Positions 25,750-39,200 of a DNA stretch of 64,000 bases are shown here, piece by piece (position 1 is the stretch's first letter; the number at the start of each line of letters is the position of its first letter). The notes below the pieces were generated by a model that saw nothing but the letters and a program-made list of their open reading frames with translations, was not told the origin of the DNA and made no database searches. Position numbers and translations under genes: made by a program. The stretch is from Lingula anatina (lineage: Eukaryota; Animalia; Brachiopoda): positions 10,478,001 to 10,542,000 of the forward strand of contig CM120645.1 in the NCBI GenBank assembly GCA_051362555.1, given 5' to 3'.

Positions 25750-28352
25750 TTAAGGATAATAACCTTGCGCGCGTTATACGTCACAGGTCTTGCGTAACTA
25801 CCCACGTGCTACATTGGGGGGCAGCAAGCGGCCATTTTGTACACGAGCAAAGCATAGATGGGTGAAAACGATACGTTGTTTTTAACCAAAAACGATGTCC
25901 CCAGGGCGAAACTGCCAACACCAAAAGTAAAGGAGCATACCAACGTTGTTTTGAAACGATGTGGTTAGCCTGTCAGTGGCGAGTTGGGGAGAAAAGAGCA
26001 GCACTGATAACAAGGTACTGTATACACGTGAACCGGCAAAGTTACTGATAATTTCATGTTGCAAAAGCATAATTAAATCAGTAAGTTATTTTCCAAAGGA
26101 TATTATTTGAATAGCAGATACATAAATCAAACTAACAACAATAAAAATTTTTGATGACATTGAAAACCAAAACCTGCGGTGCACGATAGGTTGAGGAGGA
26201 CACTGCCACAGCAAGTAATGCATGAATTTTGTTACACAACAACATATGCTTGTGTCATTGTTAACTCTGTGGTATCATTACTCAATTTACTGCTCAAATT
26301 AATACCTGATACTATTTCTCAGGCTACCAAGTACAAATCAACTTATTCTGTGGCAATTGACCTCCATGTTCCATCTTGTGTGCAGGTTGTTTATTTTTGT
26401 TATCATTATTATTATTATTTTTTCAAACACATTTTGATAAAGTGGCTATGCTTTAACAAGAGAAATTTATGCTGAAGTTTAAAAGATTAAATTATCAGTA
26501 GTATGTACAATTAAAGCTATTAATTTGATTATGCATATTTGATTTTCAATTATCTTGATTATGATATGAGGTTTCTGCATTTTTCTCTTGCCCTCAAATC
26601 AATATCTAACAAGTAAATTGATAGTGCTTTATTACAAATTTGCTTGATACTTTCAGATGTAAAAACTGTGTAGCAGTTGGTAAAGCTGTAGAGATTGATT
26701 TGAGCATAGATCAGGGGAAATGGTATTAGAGAAACTAGGAGGACAAGACATAGATAATGTACTAGTAGATCCATCATCACAGCAAGGATAGATGGTGTGA
26801 TCTTGTCCCTGAAGCTATGCCACAAGTTTTCAAACTGGTTGAGTCCTTACTAAGACAAGCTGCTGCGGTGTGAATCGTTGTACATTCAGGTTATACATGG
26901 CAGATTTATGACAAAAGAGACCTTCACAATATACTTCAAAGAAGTTATTCTTGCATCTATGCCTCAAAAGTACACAGTTACAGTGACTAGAACATTGTCT
27001 GCAAATAGTGAGGCAGTGAAGGCTGCAAGGTGCCATTGTTTTTCAGTATTAAGAATAACAGTATCTGTTTTTTATTTGTTTATTTTTATTTTTCATTTTT
27101 AATGGGAGGGAGACTCACTTTGTTCTTTCAATCCCCATTCAGTTAAGGGTTGGTTGGTGGCAATATATGGTAAATCTGTCATGCCTGTATGTAGAATTTC
27201 TCTGGCTCAAATTTCTACATTTATTGGGTGCATTATGAAGTTTCCTGACTGATTAATGAGGTTACTTGCAGAAATATCTTGCTTACACACATTTTGTGAT
27301 ATTTTTACTACTTTATACATATGATTATTCACATCTCATCAGTGGTGTGTGAAAGGTACTTGGTATTTGCATTTTAGAACTGTAGATCTGTGTACCAGCA
27401 GGGTTATATTTCATATATCTGCGAATGTTTCTAAAAATAAGCTTCATGTTTGATAATTAATTGGTTTGAAATAAATAAATAAATAACCCAAAGAAAATCA
27501 ATTCATTTTATATTTCACATAATTTGTTTTTATTATTCTTCTAAGCATTTAATCATAACATCTCCCATCATTATACTGTTATTGTGTAATAACATTGAAA
27601 GTTTTTATTAACAGGTTGATGCTAACGTATTACAAATGAACATAACTTCATAAGCATTAAAGCATATTTCCTTACTCAAATGTATCAAACGTACCACTGG
27701 CATAATAGCGGTAAAGATACAGGTAAAGATGACAGCATTGATAACTGAGTTTACAGCGCTTTTAGTGCAGCTTGGCTAGTGTCAGATTGTTATCTGATAA
27801 AGTTTGCTACTAGTACCTGGGAGAAAAGGTCTGGCACTTGGCAATCAAGTTGATAAAATCACAAAACGCCTGTAGAAAATAGAGCATACCTGTCCAACAT
27901 CGATTTGTTCAGATTCTTGACTAAGGGGTGCGTTACTGGTGTCAAGGGCCAAGACTTGAACTTTGGGGTTTGGCATGTCACTGGACATTCCTCTCGATTT
28001 CTGCCCAAATCTAAAAAAGCCTCAGTTGCTTAACTTTCGCCAAATTTCCAATATCTACAGGTTGTGTTGTTTAATGCTTGGGGTCTCTTCTTTGGTGGCG
28101 GTTAATTGGGGACACCTATGCGGCCTGTCAACGCACCAAGATTCACTTTTGCCGTTGCCACATTTTCAATTGCCGTAAATATCAAATTCATGAATAGAAT
28201 GAATGTTTGGAAGTACCTGTCACCTTCGCCACAGTAACCATATGGGCTGTGCTGCCCCCCCCCCCCCCCCCCCCCACCACAGGCGACACCTTGCGGAGCA
28301 AGCGTGCGTAATCCAGGGTGCAACTGAAAATAACCTTGTCGCGCGACCTTAT
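25750..28352. mobile_element. Internally deleted DNA transposon remnant carrying the SAP/SWIM pseudogene and a possible convergent second gene
   Basis: TTAAGG at 25750, and GCGGCCATTTTG just upstream of the ATG. A related ATAACCTTG(T)CGCGCG motif occurs at 25759 and 28330. A degenerate exon-like segment on the minus strand (27890-28165) ends in CAG|GTATG. Boundaries are approximate. Confidence 0.4.
25858..27040 (+). pseudogene. Decayed SAP-domain / SWIM-zinc-finger gene typical of invertebrate DNA transposons (Kolobok-like accessory protein)
   Basis: Exon 25858-26014 reads MGENDTLFLTKNDVPRAKLPTPKVKEHTNVVLKR/WLACQWRVGEKRAALITR (SAP-like, with a 2-bp frameshift) and ends at donor AG|GTAC. After acceptor TTTCAG (26656) the frame gives RCKNCVAVGKAVEIDLSIDQGKWY*, then ...ESLY.SGY..QIYDK...YFKEVILASMPQKYTVTV..TLSANSEAVKAARCHC (SWIM N-half), with stops and frameshifts. 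Confidence 0.62.
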
Positions 28353-29074
28353 TGCTATCAACTCGCTGTAGATGGTGGGCAGTGAGTACAATAGATGGTG
28401 TGTCGATATCCATCAAATATATGTAGTACGCATTTGTGACCAATCATCCCAGCATACCTGTATGTGCGATATAAAGGTTATATATCCTTGGATCACTTTT
28501 CAAATCCTCCTGTCATAAATGCAATGAGTGGCCCTCACTTGGCCGTACTACTTCACCAAATGGAGACCTACTTTTAAAATTCATAACAAAGCTTTGGGCT
28601 CAGTTTGATCGCTTGACTTGGCTAGCCAACTACAGGGTAGGTCACGTCGACTTTCTAATTACCCACGATGAAAGTGGTTGGCGCACCTAAGGAGGCTTCA
28701 GTTGCCAATATAGGTGAAAAGTCTGTGTAAAATACAACATTTCATGTACTTAGTTTAAGAGAGATTGAAAATTTAAGGCAAGCGGCCTTAAGTATTTCGT
28801 AAAACACAACTAATTTGCCGAAGAACCTTATTATCTAAACTAAGATCGGTATTGCAGGAATGTTAGCCCGCTGCAATCGCAGTCCGGAATATGTCTACTG
28901 TCTACTGCAACTTATATGATCATACCCGTACCAGTCAAAAAACTAGAGCTGCTTCAGTTCCGCATGACGAGATGTGCTAACGAAAAAGGTGTGTGCTTTG
29001 TAAGTGATGTACATGACTACATGCGACCACATAGCAGAAGATCTATTTCTGCTAATTATTCTGAATGCGACTAA

Positions 29075-29143
29075 AGCCTAGGTCCCAACCGGACACAAGA
29101 AACCAAAAAACCGTGCGTCCAAAACGTAGTTCGGACCTAGGCT
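29075..29143. mobile_element. 69-bp mini-MITE with TAA target-site duplication
   Basis: TAA|AGCCTAGGTCC...GGACCTAGGCT|TAA. Confidence 0.7.
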
Positions 29144-29227
29144 TAAGACTGGCCAAAGTCAATTGGAATTCGCAAGACAGGCCCACAGTCCATTTAATGA
29201 TTAGTTGAAGGCGTGTCAACATTATAT

Positions 29228-29404
29228 CTGGGGCGAATTCAGAGATATTTCCTGAAAGTCTTCCAAATTATCTTTGTTGATACCGGTACATCCTACATTT
29301 TTTACCGTCTTCCGACAGAAAAAAATTAATTACCCGTCAATTTAAACTTGGGAATCTAACCGTCTTACGGAAGACCCAGAAGACGGCCTAAAAATACGCC
29401 CCTG
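29228..29404 (+). mobile_element. hAT-like MITE, family A copy 1
   Basis: Ends CTGGGGCGAATT...AATACGCCCCTG. The interior is homologous to 32340-32507 (GTCTTCCAAATTATCTT...GGAAGACCCAGAAGACGGCCTAAA). Confidence 0.8.
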
Positions 29405-31628
29405 TATATGTACATATATATCATTTCATAATGTACCGAAATGTATCATATTACTCTGTCACATCACTAGTACGAAAACCCCTTAAAAACACAACACATC
29501 TTATAAGAACCATAACAACATTGTCTACATGTCATGGTCCAGTAAATGGGCTACTTCGTGTTCCATTTCCCTACTTTCTGGGCCACACAGATAGGCTGAC
29601 AGATCACTTTCATAAACAAAATTGCAACGCAAAACGCAAGACAGCAATCAGCGCAGCCATAAACTTAATAACGTGGACAATTGGAAAGCATCAACGGTCG
29701 GATTCCTGCGTAAAATACCCGGCCTTGACACTGAAAATGCAGAACGCCTCCTCAGTTGATGAAGAGTTATAAAAAGGAGGTGAGCAATGGGACATTAGCC
29801 GACTAAAGTGATTTTTACAATCACAAAGTCTGATTGCTGCTAGAAGCGGGCTGGCGAGTTACAATATTTGTTGGGGTGGCTGACTAAGATGTTTGATGTA
29901 GAACATAGTACAAATAAAAGCCAAATTACACCAATGAACAAATAAAGTGGAATAACAAAGACAAAGAGGTAGATACTTTACGTATATGATAACACAAATT
30001 AAAGTTATATGCAAAATAACTTAGCACACGAATTCAGTATGAAATGTACATAGGGCCCTGTTCATTTGGGTTAGTGTTTGTTTACTTGTTGACAGAGGAG
30101 AAAAGTGAAAACAAGTTGGCGATTTTCAACGTCATTTAATATATGAAAATTTAAAACAGATGCTTGAAGGGAACATAACCATTTGTATGAGGTCCAAAAT
30201 CCATTGTAAATAATTCATAGAATTATAATGAATTCTATTTTGCTACCAAAACGGCGGTTATCGCAATCACCCTGGAATCTGTGCTAGTCATCAGACCAAG
30301 TGGCCTCCAAATGGCTGCCCTCTGAAAAAATCTCTTTAGAGGATATAACAAAAAAAAATTGAATGTCTGAACGGATTCATAAACCATTGTTTAGTATGGG
30401 AAAATTGTCGTTTACCTCAGGTAAATTCATTTTGGCCAAAATGAACCGTTGTTATCCCTTTAAAGATTCGCGAAGATACACGTACTTATACACTGTAAGG
30501 GATAAAAAAAGAAAAGTACATGAAACCAAAGTAAGCCAATCTGACGTCGGGAAAATAGACGAGCATTGGGTGATGAACAAGGAAGCCGTAGATAATGCCC
30601 TTCTATCTACCGTACATCAAATTCATATTTCTCCTGCCTTAGGTGGAATCATCTCCTGAAGTTGTTTTTTTTCTTTCTATTCCACTGGCGCAGAGAGTAC
30701 GAGTGATATGAGGACATATCCGTTATGCATCCGAACACTCGCACCCAATTAATTAAGATTAGGATTGATTTTCTCAGACCTGTATTGACGATCTGAATGG
30801 CAACGATCCGCACATCTATTTTTGTCACTGATACCAGATTCGATTGCTTATTATGTTTTTTCCTTTTTGGGCCATCTCTGAAAAGAATAATAAACAATCT
30901 TCGTACAAATATGTGTACTGGGTTCCTTATTCAGTGTTACTTCCAAATGCCTTAATCAAGAATCCAAGTTCCATTACATACATTTTTGACGGTATATTTA
31001 TTTTACTACTATAGTTTGTTGTTCGCTGAATTTCTCTCAGATAGAAACCGTTAAGACATTTTTCTTTGTCTATTTATTCTACTGAAATATTAAATCGATA
31101 TAAAAAATCATCTTATATGTGATAAAATAGGAGTGACTATCTAATAAGGTTTATGTGATTTGAGTAAAAAACCACCAATGAATACTTTCATTTTTTTACT
31201 TCACTTCCACGTTTAGTAGTTTCCTGTCTCGTTTCTTCCTATTATCTTAGTTAAAAGCACTCTATATATGCATCAAGGGTTTTGATTTTGCAGCGTCCGA
31301 GTGTGTGCCATTGTCATAACAACTAGCGGCACGTAAGGCATATGCTAAAGGGTCCTAATTGAAAACGAAATGCCAAATGCCAAATATGTTTTATCTGTCT
31401 TAATCGGAAATCAATTAACGGGACAGAAAACGCATTCTATGGAAGACGTTGAATCTCAGAAAGCTAATTGTCCACCTGTCGAATCCAATAGCACTATAGA
31501 AAATCACGTTTTCATATCCAAGGGCAGGTTGAAGTCCACGTGGTACTGGCCACGTGAGGGGTGTCGCCATATTTGAGGAGGCTGACCCGACGGGATGTCT
31601 AAGGCACCGTTAATTGCAGATAATCTCT

Positions 31629-31896
31629 GGCCCCATTCAGAATAGATGATCCGAGTGCGAACTGATCTGCCGATCCGCCGATCCGTCGCTGATTCCTGGT
31701 GGCCTCCCCGCCTCCATACGCGCCATTAATCGGATTAAATCTCGGCTGCGAATTTAAATTGCTAGGCCCCTGCAGCGACGGCGCGTGTGGAGGCGGGGAG
31801 ACCATCGAGAGTCAGCGGCATCTCTTTAAAAGTGTGGTCGGCAATATTTACCCGGCGGATCAGTAAGTAGACGGATCATCTATTCAGAATGGGGCC
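31629..31896. mobile_element. GC-rich Harbinger-like MITE, ~25-bp TIR, 3-bp TSD
   Basis: TCT|GGCCCCATTCAGAATAGATGATCCG ... CGGATCATCTATTCAGAATGGGGCC|TCT. Confidence 0.8.
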
Positions 31897-32339
31897 TCTG
31901 TGTATAAGGGGCTGATATTGTGCAGACATATATTTCCACATGACACACGGGATTTCTAGGAGATAAGTCTAATTGACGGGGAAAAGCCGATTGCCCTTAT
32001 AATTCATCTCATTTCAGAGAATAATAAGTTATTATGATTCATGAAATAGCTCATGAAACATACGCTTGTATGTTTTGAAAATTCTATGCGACGGCACTGT
32101 CAGGTTGCCCTCTACATTTATCAGAGCCACAGAGAGGGTCTTTTCCCGGGTATTCACAAATATTTCAGTGGCTAATTCCATGCAAGTTTCTAAACTGTCC
32201 AGCTTGAATTTTGCACGGAATTTCAGAAACGACTTTATCAGTCAGCTGGCTACGGTTAGAGGGTAGTGCGATGCGTTGACTTGTGGCCTTGCCCTTGCTC
32301 AGCAGTGCCCCCAGCCCCAAAAAACGCCTATGTACATGT

Positions 32340-32507
32340 CAGGGGCGGATCCAGAGCTATATACTGACAGTCTTCCAAATTATCTTAGTTGATTCATCCT
32401 CCAATTTTGACCGTCTTCCAACATTAAAAATTGGATACCCGTCAATGTAAACTTGAAAATCTGACCGTCTTCTGGAAGACCCAGAAGACGGCCTAAATCC
32501 GCCCCTG
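32340..32507 (+). mobile_element. hAT-like MITE, family A copy 2
   Basis: TIR CAGGGGCGGAT ... ATCCGCCCCTG; homologous to 29228-29404. Confidence 0.82.
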
Positions 32508-32861
32508 CATGTGTATTTGCGAAAACAGGTATAATATGTCCCGAAGTAAGAGAGAGTATATTATCATGATTAAGAGTACATCAGCGTACAGCAGTACAAG
32601 ACTATACTGCGGTTTGAACTGTCTGGGTTGGCATCAAGAGGCCCTTACCAAGTGTGACGCAAGGTTGAACAATTATTGAAACGTATGGATATTAGTTGCA
32701 TTTATTCTCTTGGTGCTGACTGGTTAGCGAAAAGATAACGTTGGGAACAATTTATCCGAGCAGTGCGTTAGGCACCAGAGTGTCCCCCATAATGACCATC
32801 ATGATCTGTATGGGTATGACCCGTCCTAGATTTTGACCCACTTACGTAACGCTAACCCTAA

Positions 32862-33036
32862 TGCCCCATTCAGAATAGGGGACTAACTAGTCCGAGGGTC
32901 AAATATGGCGACCCACTACAAAGCTTGCCGTCTAATCCGCTAATAGACACTGAATAGATTCCCCGTGGGGAAGTATTCAAGTGAGTCGGCCCTATTTGGC
33001 CCTCGGACTAGTTGGTCCCCTATTCTGAATGGGGCC
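32862..33036. mobile_element. Harbinger-like MITE with long TIR and TAA TSD
   Basis: TAA|TGCCCCATTCAGAATAGGGGACTAACTAGTCCGAGGGTCAAATA ... TATTTGGCCCTCGGACTAGTTGGTCCCCTATTCTGAATGGGGCC|TAA. Confidence 0.85.
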
Positions 33037-36000
33037 TAACATGTATGAATTTCATGGAGGGCGGACTCTCTGCACATGACCCTCAGTTCCTTTACAATTT
33101 GTTTGATTGTTGATTTGTCACATGACTCCCCGTTTAATTCAAGGGCGGGCACTTAACCAGTTGAGCCACGCGGTCGGCATTCACCTGTTTCTCAAATACC
33201 TCTCCGAACAGTTAAGACAAAGAGGCATTTCACAAAGAACTGACAGTGGCCCAAGGGGTTTAATGGAATTCCTAATTCAAATTTATTCGAACGGATGGTT
33301 CTGACACCACGGATTGATGTTGTTGTTTCCTGGAATGCCTAGACAGCCTGGCTAGGGCAGATGGACGTCTTTAATAGTGCATTAATCGACCTGGTTTCAG
33401 ACGCCTACTTAACGCGCGTGTAGTGTCAGGGTCAACAGAGCACACGCCGGCCGTGGGATAATGATTCTTTAAATGGCCTTGACCTGCCGCCGTTATTGCG
33501 GCTTCCGTTAGGAAGAAAATGTCCCATCCACCCAACAACAGGGGAAATGGTGGAAATTTCTCCTGAATGCATGCAGCTTAATTACAAAACGGCTCCACTG
33601 TTCTCATTGTGTAGATTTATATATGGGATCAAAAGAACGACTTTGAACTGCGACATATCATTGAAATACCTATACTAAATAACCGTAATTATGGTAAAAT
33701 TTAGACACAGTTAGGTTAAGATTTAATTGAAATAATAAAAAAAATCGCCAAATGACATAAAACGGCGATGGGGTTTATACATGTCAGTAATTTGAAAGCG
33801 TTACAGAATGAAGTTTAGCTATCCGAATAAGTTTCCGTAATGCTTTTTCCATATTAACATTCCATATTAACACCATGCCTATCACCCGGTAGGCAACTAC
33901 AGCAGTTAACAGCAATTAAGACAGATATTTACCTTGTGTCCAGCAAGTGACGCAAAATAACGCCAAATATGCGTTTAATAGATACGAACTTTCACTTTCT
34001 TAAAAAAAAAAAATTAGGTGAAAACCAAGCGTGTGTGTTATCATCTTATGTCTTCATTTTCTTCGAAATTTTTTTTATGTAAAATGTTTCGAGTGAATTA
34101 ATGTTGGGCACCTTCATAATGCACTTGCATTGGACAGGCAAAGGTGTCCAGTGGGCAAAAGTGACAATACCTCACAGTTTACAAAACATTTGAGTTTTTT
34201 TCAACATGTGTGTTTTTTCTCTTCCCTCCAGCACACAGGTAAACGTGACATTCAAACAGTACCCACTACATGTGCGTGTTTATCAACACCGTGGCAAAGG
34301 TCACCCGGCAACTTCTAATCTGCAGCTGCTGAGCTGAGACGGATACTTGGAATACGACCACGTTATAGGTGATGACATGTAGAAGGACGTTTACTTCATT
34401 ATACCTGCAACATGTCAGCACCGGGATAATAAGGCCTATTTTTTATGCCACACTGGTGGACAGTGTGGTTCTTATCTATACACATAATTTCGTTAACTTG
34501 GATTAATTAACAGTTATATCAATTGTCAACCACATTAACTCTATTGATTATACAAAATCTTGTATCGATTCGAAATGTTGTCCTGGTAATGTGTTTACAA
34601 GTTGTGATTTGCGTATGCTCATGACGTATATGACTGCATAGTATATACACTGCAGATTAATACTTACCCGACAAAAAAAAAAATGGTAGGCATATCTACA
34701 TGCAGTTTTTATTATTATTTTCCCTTTGTCCTTTGGACCTTTATCAAACCACCGATTACTATCGATATGACATCTTATTTTAGTTTAAACCCTTAATCAT
34801 AAAACCAGATTACACAATAGATGTTGTAAAAACTGCCTCGCCTGACATTTGTAACCAAACGTTCTGATCTGATGTGAAAAATACTTGGATCGTTGCTCAC
34901 TGTAAATACCTAGAATAACCTCCTACACGTACAGCAAATGCGTAATCAGCTCGATCCAGAAGTCATCAGGAAATACTGAAATCGTTAAACGGGAGATACC
35001 AGTAGTGAATGTACGTAGAGTTTGTTTTCCGATGCGTCTTTGCCTGATAAGTTACTACCTTCGGGTAAGGAACCCAAAGGTGCGGATTTAAAATCTACCT
35101 GAGGTGTTTGGTCTGATTGGAAAAAATAAAATCAAAGAAAAGAAGTTTTTTTTTTTTGAAGGAGGGGGTATCATCAAAAGATAGACTGTTGGTCTGCCAT
35201 TGTTTTGCTTCTAAAACATGGCTTCGCAGTCTCGTTGTTCCGGACGTATGGATTTTCTGAAATGAAGTTACAGCGGTGATTGAGCCACCTAAAGTCGCTT
35301 CTTCGTGTCCTTCTGGAGAATAAATACAGAAAAGTCGTCTAGATAGGATTCCAAGAATCTGAGCGCTTCACAAACAGTAACTGACGTACAAACAATATGA
35401 AAATAGAATTATTGCACCAGGTAGGTCATTGGCATCAAGGTACCGATTCCATAGGTCTTCATTGTGGATATCGATACTCCATAGCAAGTACGTTATTTCT
35501 GGTTTAGTTTCTATTTGAATTCATGGCTTAAATGTGCACAAATAAAGTTCTTTTTGTGATGTTATAAAAATAAGTTGATTAGAAATTCATCAGACGAGAA
35601 ACAGGAAATAAAATAAAATAATACACATGATACGTTGCCATTTCCCTGGAAATATGTTCCTGATCAAATCTGTACTTTTATTGGACATTATTTGTCCTCA
35701 GACAGGCACATATAGAAATTCTGCTGTTCTTTTTGACGTCATTTGGCATCTTTTCCACCATGCAGCCCAACAATATCCAACCCGCTTGAATAGAGTCGAC
35801 CTTTTTTGACCGACATATGAATGAATACCAAAATCGACAAATAATATCCTGTAAGGAAGCGTCTGAAGCTTTTCAATCTGTATGTGCATAGCTATCTGTT
35901 CTCTCAAGGTCGAGTATTGAACTCTTAAAGAACATTGTTCGTACCTGACAAATCACGTAATTACATGGGTAAATAACAGATAATAAGCAACATTACGTTG

Positions 36001-36049
36001 TGCAGACATGGAAAGAACATTCTTCTTCAAAATACTAAAGTCGGTGTAT

Positions 36050-36212
36050 CAGTAATGACAGTCCAAGGAATGGAAATAAGGTGTCCCATATGATTAGTAC
36101 AGGTTAGGGTTAATTGGAGTATTGCAGTTAGTATATGGTGAGAATTCCTCCTGTACAAAGTAATGGAGAAAGGACTACAGTACCTAGCAATCTATCTTTC
36201 TTGTCACACCGG
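36050..36212 (-). mobile_element. Diverged partial copy of the 3398-3703 MITE family
   Basis: AGTACAGGTTAGGGTTA and TACAAAGTAATGGAG...TGTCACACCGG match the reverse complement of 3398-3550. Confidence 0.6.
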
Positions 36213-39200
36213 GACATTACATGTTTGCTCTCGTTTAGTTTTTTCAAATTTGCTATATGAAGAAATTTTTTAAAACTTTATTTCAGAATAAGATCAAATC
36301 AAACCAGTCTTTTAAACTGTAATATGCTGTATATTGCAAACTGCTGGCACTCGCCGTGTATGACCCGAGTGACGCGTATTGTCCTCGAGAGGCCAGAACC
36401 ATCAGCTCCGCAAGTGTGTCTATTCCGAGGAACACGTCTAGTTGGCGGCAAGTCAGATGGCAAACCATTGACCATCTTGTCGGCTCGATCGAAAACTACA
36501 AGCTTGGCAGTCGTGTCGTGAAAGTGATGGAGGGAGTGAGTGAGTGAAGGGGGGGGCTGGTGCTCAGTTTGTGGCAATTCAGGCACGTTCGATAACTATA
36601 CTGCAGAGCATTTACTCTGGTTCTTTGATTAACTGAGTCTGTAGGTAACATCGGGACATTATGAAATTTGTTTCAGTGAATAATGGATAAAATGCTTTTA
36701 TATGTACGAAAGCCTTTTTTTCTGAGAAAACGCGTCCATCTATGTGATTGATATTTATCCACAGACGTGTGTTGAAAAACGAACTGTGACGGCAAAGCAA
36801 TTCAAGGAACTGTTCGTTCCTAATTCTACTTTTAAATTAGACGCTCAAGAATAAAAGATATAAAAAAATATTTATATAATGAAATATCTAAAAAAAAATG
36901 TCGTGACAAGTTGACAATGCATGATGAATAACGCAATGAAATATGATCAATTATCTTATAAGTACGAAGTATGTAAGTATGCCGAATAAAGTCATGATTG
37001 CGGTAAATTAAAATTTCCATATGTGATTAGCAAGTGAATTGTCACAATGCGTTAAGAAACCATGTGCATTGCACTATTCAGTAGTAAGCTACGGTTAAAT
37101 ACGGACACGTTTATGACTTTGCGAGCTATACACTTTTACAGGTACCCACATATAGCTAAGCTGTGGGAGTTTTGCTCGTTTTCACGCGTTCACTTCCTAC
37201 TTTGTTTGGTGGATGCCCGATGCGAGAACTGCTGCATTTAACAAATCATTACATAATAACCAGACCATTAAGTTATCAGTTTCTCAAGTTGTACCAAAAC
37301 AGACTGTATCACTTAAGTATACCACTCCATGTGGAAAGGGATTCGTGCAAAATATAGATCGATCTTGCTGAAATCCGCAGTCTTTAAGATTATTGAAAAA
37401 GCTTTTAGAGCAGCTGGAATACGTCCATGAAACCCATGTTTCACAGATATCACGGATATTATTTAAGGGGCGGTATTTAGTGGACATAAGAGATTTGCCA
37501 ACATATTTGACACTTCTGTTTTCCACGAAGGTAGATTCAGTTGTTTATCAATGACATTTCAGAAAAAAAAAGAGATTTACCTGAAAATAATGGGAACTCA
37601 GTTTTTGAAAAAAGGCACAGCTATAGAACATTTGACAACGTATTTCCACATTTTCCCATTCCTGGAATACCGACTTTTGTTTATCAATGACACAGTTAAT
37701 TGGGGTTGTCGGCAACGCTAATTGCATAAATCGCTGTTGGCTATTCAACGGGGACACTGAGATAAAATAGAGGACTGAACGGCTATGTGCGAAAAGTACA
37801 AACAGAGATTCAAGCTATCAGTAACTGCTGAATAACAGTAAAGATCCCACCGTCTTAAAATAATAAAGACGACATTGACGAAATAATGACCGGAAAATTC
37901 AGTAAACGACGTTTGTACATGTAGGTACGTATATAAGTATTGAGGATAAATCGAGGTGTTTCACACTTTTGAATTTATTATTGTAGTTTTTATGCTTTTG
38001 TTAGAAATAACATATTTTCTGTATGTTTGTGATGATCGCTATGTCGTAATGTAAACATACTGTAATTATAAAATTCTAGAACTACGATCTACTTTTTTCG
38101 AATGTCCCCAATTTGGAACCTGTCCATGTGACAACCGCCAGGAGAAAAAAAATCCCAAGCGTATTATTCTTAGTTATACTAAGTAGACAGTAAATGGCCA
38201 AATGGCCACTTTGTATTTTACTGCAAATTACCTTTATCTCTAAACTACCTTTTTTCTAAAAGTAGGGGGCAATTCAATGACCATTTGGCTGAAAACAATG
38301 GATGATATTTGTTCCGTGCAAGTGTCCCGCATGGGCACCATACATAGGGTATGTCTCAAGGGTCGTCAAGTCCACTGTACGGAAGAGGTAATTTGCCGAT
38401 GATTGAACTTTAAGGCCTTGCAATGACGCAGTGGGGTATGGGAGGTGACCAATGGCGTTGTTTTAGAAGCTCAATCATTGTCACGCTTATTGGATTTAGT
38501 ACAGTAACCTGATGCAAAATAACATATGCACTTTTAACTGCTTGGCACATTTCCGAAACTGCTTGCCTTGGAACCATTCCTCTGGAATGTCATTATTGCA
38601 TTCACTTAGCACCGGGTGTGACATTTCAGTTCTTACCCAATGAAGAATCTTAAAGGAAGCACGGAAGGTCTCTTGTACCGAGTGCGTTTACCTCCACGTG
38701 GTGTACTTACTCATACTGAGCAAATGAGTTCATTGAGTACACGAAACACCGTTCTTTCTCTATCAACCATTTATTTGTTTGATTTTTTCTTTTTGTATGT
38801 TTGTATGATTGTTTATTCTATGACTTATTTTTCTGTACGATTTGCATCTAATGTGCTGTCATCTCTTTTACCTCTGAAATTAGATCTACATCAATTTTAT
38901 GGTAAAAGGGTGTGCGGAAAATTCCAATCGCAAATTGTAAAAAAATTATTAGAACACTGCATGATTTGATGGATAAAGTGAAGCATTTCTGACCACCACT
39001 CTCAGCCAATCCAAGAAGTATTGTCTTTTTCTTTATCTTGTCACGTTACATACTACAGGGATGAGATTCTCCGACTATTGGCGGATTTCCGACTCTTTGG
39101 GAGCCAAACACGTCACTGGGCTAGGCAGCCCCGTATACCCTAAGCCACATTTTCCGACTTCTTCACTAAATTACAGTCTATTCCCCTATACTGACTCGTT

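Noticed and set aside
33120-33180. tRNA gene or tRNA-derived SINE head on the minus strand (GTGGCTCAACTGGTTAAG)
   Set aside because: Only an A-box-like stretch is present; no clear B box or cloverleaf.
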